A stretch of 64,000 bases of DNA, from IMG/VR virus record IMGVR_UViG_3300025131_007349. One strand, written 5' to 3'. Below are positions 39,901 to 48,784 of the stretch, piece after piece. The notes beneath the pieces were generated by a model. The model was not told the origin of the DNA and made no database searches. It saw nothing but the letters and a program-made list of their open reading frames with translations. Both the position numbers and the translations under genes were made by a program. Positions within the stretch are counted from its first letter, which is position 1, and every line of letters begins with the position of its first letter. The DNA is from an uncultured virus (IMG/VR IMGVR_UViG_3300025131_007349). Its lineage: Duplodnaviria; Heunggongvirae; Uroviricota; Caudoviricetes.

Positions 39901-40377
39901 GGTACAAAAACTGATTTTGGGGACGACACTATAATTAGTGAAATTAAAGGTTCTGGTGTTAAAATAAATTCAGTAGGTAATATAGAAGCGTTCGTAACAG
40001 ATGGAAAAGGGCTCCATTTAACTAATGCATATATAACAGGGTCAACAATTTATTCCGCGAATACGTCTGGTAACGGAGTAATAGCTATTCCAGCACCAAG
40101 TAAAACATTTACATCTGGAACTACGATGATGGGTATATCCAGAAAATATGTAACAGACCAATTAGCTGTAGGACCCACAGATATAATATACGTAACTCAC
40201 AATCTCAACAGCAGAGATGTCTTAGTTTCTGCAATTGGAACAAATGCAGATATTGGCAGCACAAACATTATACTTGGAGATGCGTCTGTAACCATTAATA
40301 TCATGAATTATGACACAATTAAAGTTACTGGTGTAGCAGAGATAACAGACTTACGAATTGTTGTAATGACAATCTAG
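33910..40377 (+). CDS. very large beta-helical tail-fibre-like protein
   Basis: Same repeats; GDIGMGTSTP, HLGVGTMNP and DLGIGLKYP fibre motifs; C-terminal VTHNLNSRDVLV. Confidence 0.75.
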   Translation: MGINDLYGSLRVWGQGDNNSYTGFSVVHSGTGIADLIVRSGGDIGMGTSTPDWDLELFRQSSSSEAAIVSDGGNAILNFQTRDETDSYLVHRKGTIGIGNAIWAAGVDYHNGTGSYNTYTIATGTTFASDYQLVITSGGTVGIRKLLPAATLDIAGDLMVRDVAIGGNYNLIWDSTTNSVKRGNNIIPVNLTGTTFLVSGYTTGCTTFLVYSAATGLQTFSANTCEDFGPYRYGKAPQSIEPKLGANQSNANYSVIGGGRHNIIMSGANTEDNVIAAGNSNIIESGFTSSGIFAGKQNKIVAGDGHQYNAIVGGILNTISGDGYTSIIGSTSSKIIGDSANRAYYSSIVGGSNQFLHGSAYGGMLGGITNVMSGGQQSIIVGGTTNKIKYSTGSFIGAGGVNLISGGTRNAIIAGTNNTMTASTYSAIVGGSSNYLDGSINSSIVGGASNKIHENSDVVIVGGSGNTIEKTAISSAIIGASELNAISAQTTYLRGLNVNSDVAGNTPNGNWLQYHGINADQGLGRVLVSHDDDGHAKWKNLANLIPSGITNYSGGSDVYVLTAYTSGCTWFGITNSGTTLTADTCSSMGPYMIGAGINSIRPVLGLNQTSGVYGHVSSGAINNNWQPFTVILGGTLNIAHFNAQGGEYNYLYGMGNQNHAGAFGYQHGTSNWMFGSGNYSRLFGSGNMILGGYNAGYYSNLMGSSNIESNSSGNTVNGWINYLHNATWNNVHGHANVIRSATTLSHVSGARNVLEGNFATILSSSGSTVLASGGHILGGTGNTIYDTAASAAILGGNAITARTSQTTYTHGLNVWTDTSDGDRPFHYHGSAANNIIIPNSAAYSANPTVFLAGVNAEGRAKWSPLPGTVQPQYMSGDTYVVSAHTIGCTLYLYTNSGDTVTADTCNNFVSPYKWVAGTPGPTNSWHPTVPGGPNENIIKSNWSQILGGGDMLSAGTIGYTNMIAPQSKAGVSLYIGNTIVGGTGNHILSGTVSTIGGGAFNKIVGQPEFTEAGEANGSLNIIGGGYMNQISGWTCNLIAGGAWNQIKSGATSWSTIINGDQNIIENKGGLRTSMFNHIGNGTQNYITSHLPLSNQIFNGALNRIVGRAISIDGSDPYNPTNSYNTILNGYQNSIVISGNSEANTQSYNTILNGTYNSAGTRSDYSTILGGQFNWVNADGSAILAGLRHHVNANTAAVLAGYNHHMAPTAVNSSILAGQDIYAYSADTSYTNLFNIQSAMTSTTITQFLVRELDPEQPGGFGAIKVRELKSLGGPIPQFTGGLITGDTQFEGVVSACTLVTSNVTACGTGLDFDNPNIILASPTQVTSGLALGTYSNTFSPAATLSIEGSGSLPAISAASNNDVVAYFLGRGTGSASLILQNDSYTNPEGEGGYYLYSKGNLKVTSEALTLGHTSYSPLGIFTGSSTNQTLSVSGDSVMVGKKSSFNAWDSNQDFSSKLTINNTSTTQDSLRIYDDTVLTSRFRNASDGYEIAFGVTPTANYNAFFTIDPGAAGPANGRIALFNQNYDSGTKLELGQSLGEAASGKTYIIQSGNTSIFGQRPTSNPTRENTEFEALNISAIAVKAGNRLPYDIVNAESSGSTHLGVGTMNPTKPLTVIGQISGTSEMYLDGALWSPRIYGYCNSGDSYNKLTTQLTAVTINDVVSIGGGKNNDSWPELLVRGNGNGNAPEVEIRVDEDAVGTVSGYMALSLTHYSGISNTQPIHEWSVIHAGNSQNQFQIRYVTDKVDVFESETLNQGVYAGSGQSSTTGLLYVSTGGTFAVGGGYGRGSFDNWSDRGGMLIEGWSDTPNYDALHIVNSGDTSLLRMRNSGDLGIGLKYPDTKLSVSGEVNTQVVSVTGNTTLDGAFSVSGLTSFVGDSRFNEDVTIGGGLIITASTYPGTALFRADENIVVIWPNKVGIGPVPLTISGTTNISGDTTIDGVLRLNSSLEAGGEDGKIDLIGGMSVSTFLTGDTMSATSVHATNVYTLDGRTTVDSSDGTKTDFGDDTIISEIKGSGVKINSVGNIEAFVTDGKGLHLTNAYITGSTIYSANTSGNGVIAIPAPSKTFTSGTTMMGISRKYVTDQLAVGPTDIIYVTHNLNSRDVLVSAIGTNADIGSTNIILGDASVTINIMNYDTIKVTGVAEITDLRIVVMTI

Positions 40378-42422
40378 AGACTTTTTAATTTAAGTTTTTC
40401 TGTTTTCTTATCCATACTAATAGAATATTTACAATTTTCTTTAATCTTTCCTTTTAGAATTTCTTCAGATATAAAGTCTTCTATTTTATTTTGAATCATT
40501 CTTTTTAAAGGTCTTGCTCCGAATTTTTCATCATATGATTCTTTAGCTATAAATTTCTTAACTGAAACATTGAAGGTTATATTATAATTTTTTTCTAATA
40601 ATCTTTCTTTAAGGTTATTAAGTTCTATTTTAACAATTTCTTCTATATTTTTTTCATCTAGATAATTGAATACGATAGTATCGTCTACTCTATTTAAGAA
40701 TTCTGGGCTAAAAGACTTTTTTAATTGAGAAGCAATTATGTCCTTCAGTGCTTCTTCTTTTTTCTCTAATCTAGCAGAAGTATTAAAACCTATTCCATTA
40801 CCAAAGTCTTGAAGTTTTTTAACCCCTATATTCGAAGTCATAATTATTAAAGTATTCTTAAAGTTAATAACTCTTCCCATCCCATCAGTCATATGACCAT
40901 CATCAAAGACTTGAAGAAGTATATTAAAAACATCTGGATGAGCTTTCTCTATCTCATCAAACAATACAACACTATACGGTTTATTACGTACAGCCTCGGT
41001 TAATTGTCCACCTTGATTATACCCAACATAACCAGGAGGTGAACCAATCAGTCTAGACGTATTAAATTTCTCTTGATATTCTGACATGTCTACTCTAATT
41101 AGAGAATCTGTTGAACCAAATATTTCTTTTGCTAAAGATTTAGCTAGGTGTGTTTTACCTATACCGGTTTGCCCTAGGAACATAAAAGTGCCTATAGGTT
41201 TAGAACCGTCTCTAATACCGACCCTATTTCTTCTAATAGCTTTACATATTTTTTCAATAGCCTCATCTTGTCCTACAACATGCTCTCTTAGTTTTGATTC
41301 CAAGTCTATGAGATTAGCCATTTCATTTTCAGATAATTTACTTAATGGTATTTTAGTCATTTGGGAAACAACAGTATATAAATCATCTAAATCTACAACA
41401 GTTCTTTTTTCTTCCATTTCTAGTTCCCACGCAAACTTTAAACTATCCAACCTCTTAAGTAGTTTCAGCTCTTTATCTCTTAGTTGTGCAGCCTTTTCAT
41501 ATTGTTGTGATTTTACAACAGATTTTTTTTCATCACCTAATTTATTAATATTCTTACGCAGACTTTCTATTTCTACAGGATACTCTATATCTACTTGAAC
41601 TTTAGCACCCACTTCATCCATTATGTCAATTGCTTTATCAGGAAATTCTCTATGTGTGATGTATCTTTCTGCTAACTTAACACAGAGTTTTAGTATTTCA
41701 TTACTAATAACCACTTTATGGTGGTCTTCATATTTTTCTTTTAGGTTAATTAGTATTTCTAATGTTTCTTCAATAGTTGTTGGTTCCACCATAACTTTTT
41801 GGAATCTTCTTTCTAACGCACCATCCTTTTCTATATTTTCTCTATATTCATCTAATGTAGTAGCTCCGATACATTGTAATTCACCTCTTGCTAATGCAGG
41901 TTTAAAAATATTAGCTGCATCTAGAGAACCAGAAGAATTACCCGTACCTACAACTGTGTGTAATTCATCTATGAAAATTATAATATCTGGATTTTCTCTA
42001 AGTTCTTCTAAGACAGCCTTCATTCGCTCCTCAAACTGGCCTCTGTATTTAGTGCCAGCTACTAAACTAGTCAGTTCTAATGCAACAATTTTTTTATCTA
42101 ATAAATTACGTGGACATTTACCGCTATGAATTTTGAGTGCCAACCCTTCAGCCAAAGCAGTCTTACCACACCCCGGACCCCCAATTAGAACTGGGTTATT
42201 TTTCTTTCTTCTACATAATATTTGTGCTACTCTAGTTATCTCAGCTTTTCTACCTACTACAGGGTCTAATTTACCCTCACCAGCCAACTTTATTAAATCT
42301 CTAGAGAAGTTATCTAGGATAGGTGTTCTACTTGATTTTTCTCCTTTATTTTTCTTTGGTTTCTTACTCTGGGCTCCTTCTTCTTCGATACCAGAAAATG
42401 TTGATTCTATTTTTTCTTTCAT
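40374..42422 (-). CDS. clpC: ClpC-like AAA+ unfoldase lacking the N-terminal domain
   Basis: Walker A GPGCGKT and GQTGIGKT; GTKYRG and PPGYVG pore loops; UVR-type middle domain; GIGF loop. Confidence 0.9.
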   Translation of the reverse strand: MKEKIESTFSGIEEEGAQSKKPKKNKGEKSSRTPILDNFSRDLIKLAGEGKLDPVVGRKAEITRVAQILCRRKKNNPVLIGGPGCGKTALAEGLALKIHSGKCPRNLLDKKIVALELTSLVAGTKYRGQFEERMKAVLEELRENPDIIIFIDELHTVVGTGNSSGSLDAANIFKPALARGELQCIGATTLDEYRENIEKDGALERRFQKVMVEPTTIEETLEILINLKEKYEDHHKVVISNEILKLCVKLAERYITHREFPDKAIDIMDEVGAKVQVDIEYPVEIESLRKNINKLGDEKKSVVKSQQYEKAAQLRDKELKLLKRLDSLKFAWELEMEEKRTVVDLDDLYTVVSQMTKIPLSKLSENEMANLIDLESKLREHVVGQDEAIEKICKAIRRNRVGIRDGSKPIGTFMFLGQTGIGKTHLAKSLAKEIFGSTDSLIRVDMSEYQEKFNTSRLIGSPPGYVGYNQGGQLTEAVRNKPYSVVLFDEIEKAHPDVFNILLQVFDDGHMTDGMGRVINFKNTLIIMTSNIGVKKLQDFGNGIGFNTSARLEKKEEALKDIIASQLKKSFSPEFLNRVDDTIVFNYLDEKNIEEIVKIELNNLKERLLEKNYNITFNVSVKKFIAKESYDEKFGARPLKRMIQNKIEDFISEEILKGKIKENCKYSISMDKKTEKLKLKSL

Positions 42423-42490
42423 ATGTTATAATTTAAAGTGTTTAAACAAATATATAAAATGTTTTATAAAATGTAAAAATATTATGGTAG

Positions 42491-42561
42491 TGACATTTTT
42501 ACCCATTACATGACATTATGTCATTATTTTTTTGTATATTTATTAGTGGTATACTATTTGT
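42491..42561 (+). promoter_or_regulatory. palindromic operator plus sigma54-like -24/-12 element upstream of hsp20-dnaK
   Basis: ATGACA-TTA-TGTCAT (42510-42524); TGACA half-site at 42491; TGGTAT-N5-TTGT (42547-42561). Confidence 0.5.
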
Positions 42562-42633
42562 AGTAAAACTTATTGTAAAAGTAATATAAATTACTTGAAT
42601 AAAATAATAATATTTAATAAATTTAAAAAAAAA

Positions 42634-43080
42634 ATGATTATGTTAAAAACAAAGAGAACAAACTTGGGGAGAGTGATAGATGACTTCTTCAACGACCCAT
42701 TCCTCGAAACTGACAGTTATTTACCCACTGTAACGCCTGATAATATAGCAATATCTACTGGAAGAAGTAACTTATTAGAAGACGATAATTCTTATAGGTT
42801 AGAAATGCAAGTTCCAGGACTTACAAAAAAAGATATTTCTATAACAGCAGAACGTGGGCATTTAAACATAAGTTCAAAATCAGAGGATAAATTTAAAGTA
42901 GATAATAAAACTTATATTAGAAGAGACTTCTATAATACAGAATTAGAGTTAGATTATAGATTACCTGAGAATGTTGATATGGATAACATCAAAGCAAAGG
43001 TAGAAAATGGTATTTTAGGTATAGAAGTGCCTAAATTAGTAAAAAATAGTAATAATAAAAAAGAAATAAAAATAAGTTAA
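42634..43080 (+). CDS. Hsp20 / alpha-crystallin small heat-shock protein
   Basis: [15 protein letters not shown]...[26 protein letters not shown]-terminal IKI. Confidence 0.92.
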   Translation: MIMLKTKRTNLGRVIDDFFNDPFLETDSYLPTVTPDNIAISTGRSNLLEDDNSYRLEMQVPGLTKKDISITAERGHLNISSKSEDKFKVDNKTYIRRDFYNTELELDYRLPENVDMDNIKAKVENGILGIEVPKLVKNSNNKKEIKIS

Positions 43081-43081
43081 T

Positions 43082-44950
43082 ATGGCAAAAATAATTGGAA
43101 TTGATTTAGGTACTACAAACTCATGTGTTTCTGTAGTAGAAGGTGGGTCTCCTACCATAATTGTTAATTCGGAGGGTAAAAGAACAACACCTTCGGTTGT
43201 ATCGTTTAAAGATGGAGATAGGGTTATTGGGGACCCAGCTAAAAGACAAGCAGTAACAAACCCAAAAAATACAGTTTATTCTATAAAACGTTTTATAGGT
43301 AGCAAATTTAGTGAAATAAGTAAGGAAGCTAAAAAAATGGCTTATACTGTAAAAAAAGGCACCGACTCAAATGTTGATATTGTAATTGACGGAAAGACAT
43401 ATCTCCCACAAGAAATATCAGCTGTAGTATTACAGAATCTTAAAAAAACAGCAGAAGAATATTTGGGAGAAACAGTAAAAGACGCCGTCATAACGGTACC
43501 AGCATATTTTAATGACTCACAAAGACAAGCCACTAAAGAAGCAGGTGAAATAGCAGGATTAAACGTCCTAAGAATTATTAATGAACCAACCGCAGCAGCA
43601 TTAGCTTATGGGATAGATGAGAAAAAAGAAAAAATTATAGCGGTATATGATTTAGGTGGTGGTACATTTGATATTTCTATATTAGAGATAGCTGATGGTG
43701 TATTTGAAGTAAAATCTACCAATGGTGATACACATTTAGGTGGAGATAATTTTGATGAGATAATCATAGAATGGTTAATTAAAGAATTTAAAGAAGAGAG
43801 TGGTATGGATATAAGTAATGATGCATCTGCTCTACAACGGTTAAGAGAGGCTTCAGAAAAAGCAAAAGTAGAACTATCAACTTCTACAAATACAGAGATT
43901 AATTTACCTTATATTACGGCAGACAATACTGGACCAAAACATTTAGTTCGTACATTATCTAGAGCTAAGTTTGAATCTATGGTAGACTCATTGGTTAAAA
44001 AAAGTTTAGCACCTTGTAGAAAAGCAATTAAAGATGCTGGCATAAAAGTTAGTGAGATTGATGATATAATATTAGTTGGTGGCTCAACTAGAATACCAGT
44101 TATTCAAGCAGCGGTAGAAAAGTTATTCAAAAAGAAACCATCTAAAGGGGTTAACCCAGATGAAGTAGTAGCGATGGGAGCTGCTATACAAGGTGGTGTA
44201 TTAGCGGGTGACGTTAAAGATGTTTTATTATTAGATGTAACCCCATTATCACTAGGTATTGAAACTATGGGTGGCATAATGACAACATTAATAGAATCAA
44301 ATACTACAATACCGACATCTAAAAGTGAGGTATTCTCCACAGCTTCCAACAATCAACCAGCAGTAGACATTCATGTTCTACAGGGAGAAAGACCTATGGC
44401 AGGAGACAACAGAACATTAGGAAGATTCCAACTTACAGATATTCCACCTGCACCAAGAGGAATTCCTCAAATTGAGGTTACATTTGATATTGATGCTAAT
44501 GGTATTATTAATGTAAAAGCAAATGATAAGGGAACGGGTAAGAGTCAAAATATCAAAATTGAATCCGGAAGTAGCTTATCAGAAGAGGAAATTAAAAAGA
44601 TGAGAATGGACGCTGAAACAAATGCAGCAGAAGACAAAAGAAAGAAAGAAGAGATAAATATGTTGAATGAGGTAGATGCTTTAGTGTACCAAACAGAAAA
44701 ACAAATTGAAGAATTTGGTGATAAGTTAGATGAAGAGGACAAGACCAAACTAGAAAGTGTTCTTAAAGAATTAAAAGATGCCATTAAAGATAAAAATATG
44801 GAGTCTATAAGTACATTAAAGGAAAAACTCACTAGTGATTGGAATGAAATAAGCACTAAACTTTACCAGACTACGCAAGAAGAGGCAGGACAAGAACCTA
44901 CAGCTGAAGAAAGTACTACAGATGTAGAATATGAAGAGGTAAAGGAATAA
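43082..44950 (+). CDS. dnaK: Hsp70 chaperone DnaK
   Basis: [45 protein letters not shown]. Confidence 0.97.
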   Translation: MAKIIGIDLGTTNSCVSVVEGGSPTIIVNSEGKRTTPSVVSFKDGDRVIGDPAKRQAVTNPKNTVYSIKRFIGSKFSEISKEAKKMAYTVKKGTDSNVDIVIDGKTYLPQEISAVVLQNLKKTAEEYLGETVKDAVITVPAYFNDSQRQATKEAGEIAGLNVLRIINEPTAAALAYGIDEKKEKIIAVYDLGGGTFDISILEIADGVFEVKSTNGDTHLGGDNFDEIIIEWLIKEFKEESGMDISNDASALQRLREASEKAKVELSTSTNTEINLPYITADNTGPKHLVRTLSRAKFESMVDSLVKKSLAPCRKAIKDAGIKVSEIDDIILVGGSTRIPVIQAAVEKLFKKKPSKGVNPDEVVAMGAAIQGGVLAGDVKDVLLLDVTPLSLGIETMGGIMTTLIESNTTIPTSKSEVFSTASNNQPAVDIHVLQGERPMAGDNRTLGRFQLTDIPPAPRGIPQIEVTFDIDANGIINVKANDKGTGKSQNIKIESGSSLSEEEIKKMRMDAETNAAEDKRKKEEINMLNEVDALVYQTEKQIEEFGDKLDEEDKTKLESVLKELKDAIKDKNMESISTLKEKLTSDWNEISTKLYQTTQEEAGQEPTAEESTTDVEYEEVKE

Positions 44951-44984
44951 TTATATAATATAAGCATTTAAAAAAATTTTTAAA

Positions 44985-45230
44985 ATGATTAAAAAAGAAG
45001 AAGTAAAAGGAACTAGAATATTAAACGAATATGCGTCAAGTAACATATCTTATACAGACTATGATACGAAGACAAGTGAACTTCTAGTTACATTTAAAGG
45101 TGGTAGAAAATATCAATACCACGATGTGCCACATAGCATATTCACCAAGTTTAGGATGTCAGAAAGTCAAGGAAAATTCTTTAACAGAGAGATATCTAAA
45201 AAATACAGATATAACGAAATTAAGAAGTAA
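44985..45230 (+). CDS. KTSC-domain protein
   Basis: SSNI...YD...LLVTFKGGRKYQYHDVP...SESQGKFFN. Confidence 0.88.
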   Translation: MIKKEEVKGTRILNEYASSNISYTDYDTKTSELLVTFKGGRKYQYHDVPHSIFTKFRMSESQGKFFNREISKKYRYNEIKK

Positions 45231-45292
45231 TTTATTTGTGTAGTATATTTTTTATTCGTATATTTGTATCTAAATAATAAAAAAATTTAGTT

Positions 45293-45460
45293 ATGATTAG
45301 AATAGGAGTAATATACAACGACGGAAAAATTAAAAGTTATAATTTTGATTCTGAAAAAGAAATGGAGAATTTTGTTTTAGAGATGAAAGAAGAACCAAAA
45401 AAGATTAGGGTTCTGAATAAGAAGACTAATGAGGTATATAACCTAATCAATAATCAGTAA
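45293..45460 (+). CDS. small hypothetical protein
   Basis: 55-aa ORF after TATATTTG (45259); absent from the ORF track. Confidence 0.5.
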   Translation: MIRIGVIYNDGKIKSYNFDSEKEMENFVLEMKEEPKKIRVLNKKTNEVYNLINNQ

Positions 45461-45465
45461 TTTAC

Positions 45466-45537
45466 GCGGGTGTAGCTTAAAGATAAAAGCGGCATACATT
45501 CCAGTAGGTAGATGGTGGCTTGGACCACCCACCCGCT
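45466..45537 (+). tRNA. non-canonical tRNA-Gly(UCC)-like RNA
   Basis: Perfect acceptor stem GCGGGTG/CACCCGC plus T; D stem GCTT/AAGC; TTCCA loop; T stem GGTGG/CCACC with aberrant loop CTTGGA. Confidence 0.6.
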
Positions 45538-45561
45538 CTAACCTTAAAAAAAAATAATATT

Positions 45562-45681
45562 ATGATAGCATTTATTTTACTTATATTAACTTTAGTTATC
45601 TTTTGGAAACCAGTAGTACACGGTTCTAAGAAGGATAGAGAGACTTTTGAATACTGGAAGAAGTATAATAATAGAACATAA
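45562..45681 (+). CDS. small membrane peptide
   Basis: MIAFILLILTLVIFWKP...; 39 aa. Confidence 0.4.
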   Translation: MIAFILLILTLVIFWKPVVHGSKKDRETFEYWKKYNNRT

Positions 45682-45710
45682 TAGTTAATAATATCATGTC
45701 CACATTAATA

Positions 45711-45736
45711 AATGGTTGCGATTGCAACCATTTTTT
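45711..45736 (+). terminator. intrinsic terminator
   Basis: AATGGTTGC-GATT-GCAACCATT followed by a T run. Confidence 0.7.
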
Positions 45737-45759
45737 ATTTATAAAAATATTTATAGATT

Positions 45760-46521
45760 ATGGGAGTAAAATCAGCAGTACTAAAAAGTTTTAAAACAAA
45801 AGACCATTTAGCACCATCAATCTGGGAAGAGAATGAAGATGGGACCTATACTTTAAACCCTGAAGTTAGGTCCACACTACTAAAGGTAGCAAATAGATTT
45901 CTTGATTATAGTGGGATGGAAGAGCTAACCTGTGATATTAGTACACAAGATTGTGACATATATGATGTTACTATAACCGGCAGTCTAGCGAACTTCAACT
46001 GGAGTAAATTTTCTGATATCGACTTACATTTAATTTTAGATTTTTCAGAAATAGACAAAAACTCCGAACTTGTTAGAAAGTACTTAAATAGTAAAAAAAC
46101 TATATGGAATAGTACTCACGATATTACTATAGATGGTTATGAGGTAGAAGTATACTCACAAGATTATAGAGAACCTCACCATTCAAGCGGGGTATATTCA
46201 GTACTATACAATAAATGGATAGTTGAACCTTCCTACAAACATGTAACAATAGATGATAAAAAGTTAGATGAAAAAGCAACTAATTGGATAGATGCTATAG
46301 ATAGAATAATAGATAGGTCTAAGAACGTTAAACCAGAAACAATTTTAAAAGAAATTGAGAACATTAAAGCCAAATTAAAGAAATATAGAAGTTGTGGTTT
46401 AGAATCAGGCGGAGAGTATTCTTATGAGAATTTAGTGTTCAAAGTATTAAGAAGAAACGGGTATATTAAAAAATTAATTGATTTAAAGAATAAACTTATA
46501 GATAACATACTAACTATATAA
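45760..46521 (+). CDS. Pol-beta-superfamily nucleotidyltransferase
   Basis: ITGSLANFNWSKFSDIDLHL...YEVEVY. Confidence 0.8.
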   Translation: MGVKSAVLKSFKTKDHLAPSIWEENEDGTYTLNPEVRSTLLKVANRFLDYSGMEELTCDISTQDCDIYDVTITGSLANFNWSKFSDIDLHLILDFSEIDKNSELVRKYLNSKKTIWNSTHDITIDGYEVEVYSQDYREPHHSSGVYSVLYNKWIVEPSYKHVTIDDKKLDEKATNWIDAIDRIIDRSKNVKPETILKEIENIKAKLKKYRSCGLESGGEYSYENLVFKVLRRNGYIKKLIDLKNKLIDNILTI

Positions 46522-46572
46522 ATTTTTTCTTTTTAATCGAAGTATTTATAAGAAAGAAAATAGACTTAAAAT

Positions 46573-47016
46573 ATGGCAATAGGATACGATAACAGCTCGA
46601 GTAACAAAATATACTGTGATTCAGCGATTCAACCGTTTATGTCTGGACCTTCCGGATATTTGACTGGTATAACATGTACTTCAGTATATGCAGATGGTGC
46701 GGTAACCGGTTTAAGAATTAATGGTCAAACAATAGGAATAGCAGCAGGTAGCACACTTGACGTAATTATAACTTCAGTTGGTGGTACTTTAGCTAATGCA
46801 TGTTTTACTTGTAGTTGTCATGATTGTTGGGAGGACGAAACACAAACCATGAGAGAAAAGTTTTGGCCTTTCGCTGGTGGGGATGCACATAATGTAAATG
46901 CAGCAGCGGCCGCATCACCGAATCTACCAGGCGGAGCAGGTATTTATAGTGGATATACTTTTTATCCAAATACATTAGGAGGAAGTAGTCTAGGTGGGCC
47001 AGGACAATTTAGTTAA
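46573..47016 (+). CDS. putative structural protein, Gly/Cys-rich
   Basis: TATTTAT at 46543; CFTCSCHDC. Confidence 0.6.
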   Translation: MAIGYDNSSSNKIYCDSAIQPFMSGPSGYLTGITCTSVYADGAVTGLRINGQTIGIAAGSTLDVIITSVGGTLANACFTCSCHDCWEDETQTMREKFWPFAGGDAHNVNAAAAASPNLPGGAGIYSGYTFYPNTLGGSSLGGPGQFS

Positions 47017-47043
47017 AATAAAAAAAAAATAAAAATTTTAAAA

Positions 47044-48369
47044 ATGAGCGGATTAAAACCAGTAGGAAGTGAAAAACTACCATTACAAGAAAAAATAGAT
47101 AGAATAAAACAAATAGCGGGAATTGTAAAAACAATCGATGCCCCAACAAGTTATTCTAATACTCATTATAGTACTAGAGGACAAGATGGTAATGTTTATG
47201 CTATAATAAAAGAGAATAAACAATACTTTATAAAATCTGGTAAAGACGAAAATAACCTTTCACATATTGATGGTTTATTAAATTCTAGAAAAGAAACTTT
47301 CTCTTCTTATTCAGCAGCTTTAAAAAGATTAAACTTTAAAATGAAATCTATTAATGAAGCTAACAATTACGGTGCTATAGAAGAACAAAGAAAAGTATTA
47401 AAAGTAGATGTGCCAACCCCTGAACCTGAAGCTGAAGAAGTAGAGGACTTTGATATGGGTATTGAAGATGAAGATATGGGTGTTGAAGGCGAAGATATGG
47501 ACATGGATATGGATATGGATGTAGAAGGTGGTGAAGAAGATATAGATATGGACATGGATGTAGAGGTAACTGATGATGGAGCTGAAGAGGAGGAAGACGC
47601 TGTAAAAAGCATTCAAAAATTAACTGGTAAATTAGGTCAAAAATTACGTAAAGCAGAAGGTAAAGGTGAATTAGATTCTGAAACTATAAAATATGTATTA
47701 AATTCAGTTATTTCGGCTGTTAATCTTGACAATTTAGACGCGGAGGATAAAGAAGAAATTGTAGAGAAATTTGATGATGTAGATTCTGAATATGACGAAT
47801 TAGACGATATGTCCGATATGGAAGTTAGTGGTGAAGAAGAATTTGATATGGAAGATGAAGAAGGTGTTGAGGATTTTGAAATGGAAGATGAAGTAGAATT
47901 AGAAGAGCAAATCCCACAAATAGCTGGTATGGCAGGCGAAGCAGTAGGTGGTTATATGGCTGATAAAGCTTTAGAAAAAACATTAAGAGGCATGAGAAAA
48001 GGAGGAAACAAAATGGATTTTAGTGATGATGAATTATCATCAATTTTTAGGACCACAAATAGCGATGAACTTAATGAAGGATATGATAGAGTGAGTGAAG
48101 TAATTAACAAGTACTTTAAAATTAGTAAAGAGGAGAAACAAAATAATAAACAAAAAAGAAACAACTTTTTAGAATCTAAGTTAACTAAGGCAAGAAATAT
48201 AGCTTCTATCTTGGAACATACCGAAACTATAGAACAAGAAACAGCTAGTAGAAATTTTTTAACTGAAAACGACAATATTGAAGTAGTAGGTAAAAATACT
48301 AAAGGTTCTTTAGTGTTTAATAGTAATGGTAAGGTTACAGAGATTAGTAGAAAGGGTTTAAAATCTTAA
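47044..48369 (+). CDS. acidic head-associated protein
   Basis: Very D/E-rich with many [IL]xE motifs; upstream of the terminase. Confidence 0.65.
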   Translation: MSGLKPVGSEKLPLQEKIDRIKQIAGIVKTIDAPTSYSNTHYSTRGQDGNVYAIIKENKQYFIKSGKDENNLSHIDGLLNSRKETFSSYSAALKRLNFKMKSINEANNYGAIEEQRKVLKVDVPTPEPEAEEVEDFDMGIEDEDMGVEGEDMDMDMDMDVEGGEEDIDMDMDVEVTDDGAEEEEDAVKSIQKLTGKLGQKLRKAEGKGELDSETIKYVLNSVISAVNLDNLDAEDKEEIVEKFDDVDSEYDELDDMSDMEVSGEEEFDMEDEEGVEDFEMEDEVELEEQIPQIAGMAGEAVGGYMADKALEKTLRGMRKGGNKMDFSDDELSSIFRTTNSDELNEGYDRVSEVINKYFKISKEEKQNNKQKRNNFLESKLTKARNIASILEHTETIEQETASRNFLTENDNIEVVGKNTKGSLVFNSNGKVTEISRKGLKS

Positions 48370-48379
48370 TAAATTAATC

Positions 48380-48784
48380 ATGTTCCTTGTCTATGTAAAT
48401 GAACTCGGACCCAATTATAAAGGGCAAAATGTGTACGAATTTATCTTCTCAGATACTTTATCTGAAATTTGTGGAGATGATTGGGATAAAACACCAGCAC
48501 AAGGAAGCCCTAATCCCCCACATTTAGGAACAATTACGAAGGTAGGCACATTGTATGGTAGTAATATACAATTTGAACTAATCCAAAATTCTGATTATTT
48601 TGGTATGTGTGACGCGGTAGATAATGTCATTGCATTATGTTGGGAGATATATGACGATGAAAATACCACAGACTCAAGACTAGTTTTCTCTTTTGGTGAG
48701 AATTTGAAGTTGGTTGAAGATAAACTATATACAAAAGATTTAATTTTAAATTATGTCAAAAATCTCGAATACAAAACAAAATAG
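48380..48784 (+). CDS. hypothetical protein
   Basis: 134-aa ORF in the head-module operon. Confidence 0.65.
   Translation: MFLVYVNELGPNYKGQNVYEFIFSDTLSEICGDDWDKTPAQGSPNPPHLGTITKVGTLYGSNIQFELIQNSDYFGMCDAVDNVIALCWEIYDDENTTDSRLVFSFGENLKLVEDKLYTKDLILNYVKNLEYKTK

Noticed and set aside
30612..40377. Diversity-generating retroelement acting on the fibres
   Set aside because: No reverse transcriptase or template/variable repeat pair seen in this window.
41086..42513. Three plus-strand ORFs of 126-170 aa, and similar antisense ORFs over the ligase, dnaK, portal, scaffold and fibre genes
   Set aside because: Antisense shadows of well-supported genes; Ser/Phe/Leu-rich with no motifs.
40374..44950. 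clpC, hsp20 and dnaK as evidence of a bacterial chromosome or chimeric contig
   Set aside because: Same composition as the flanks, abutting phage fibre and KTSC genes, and lacking usual chromosomal neighbours such as grpE or dnaJ.
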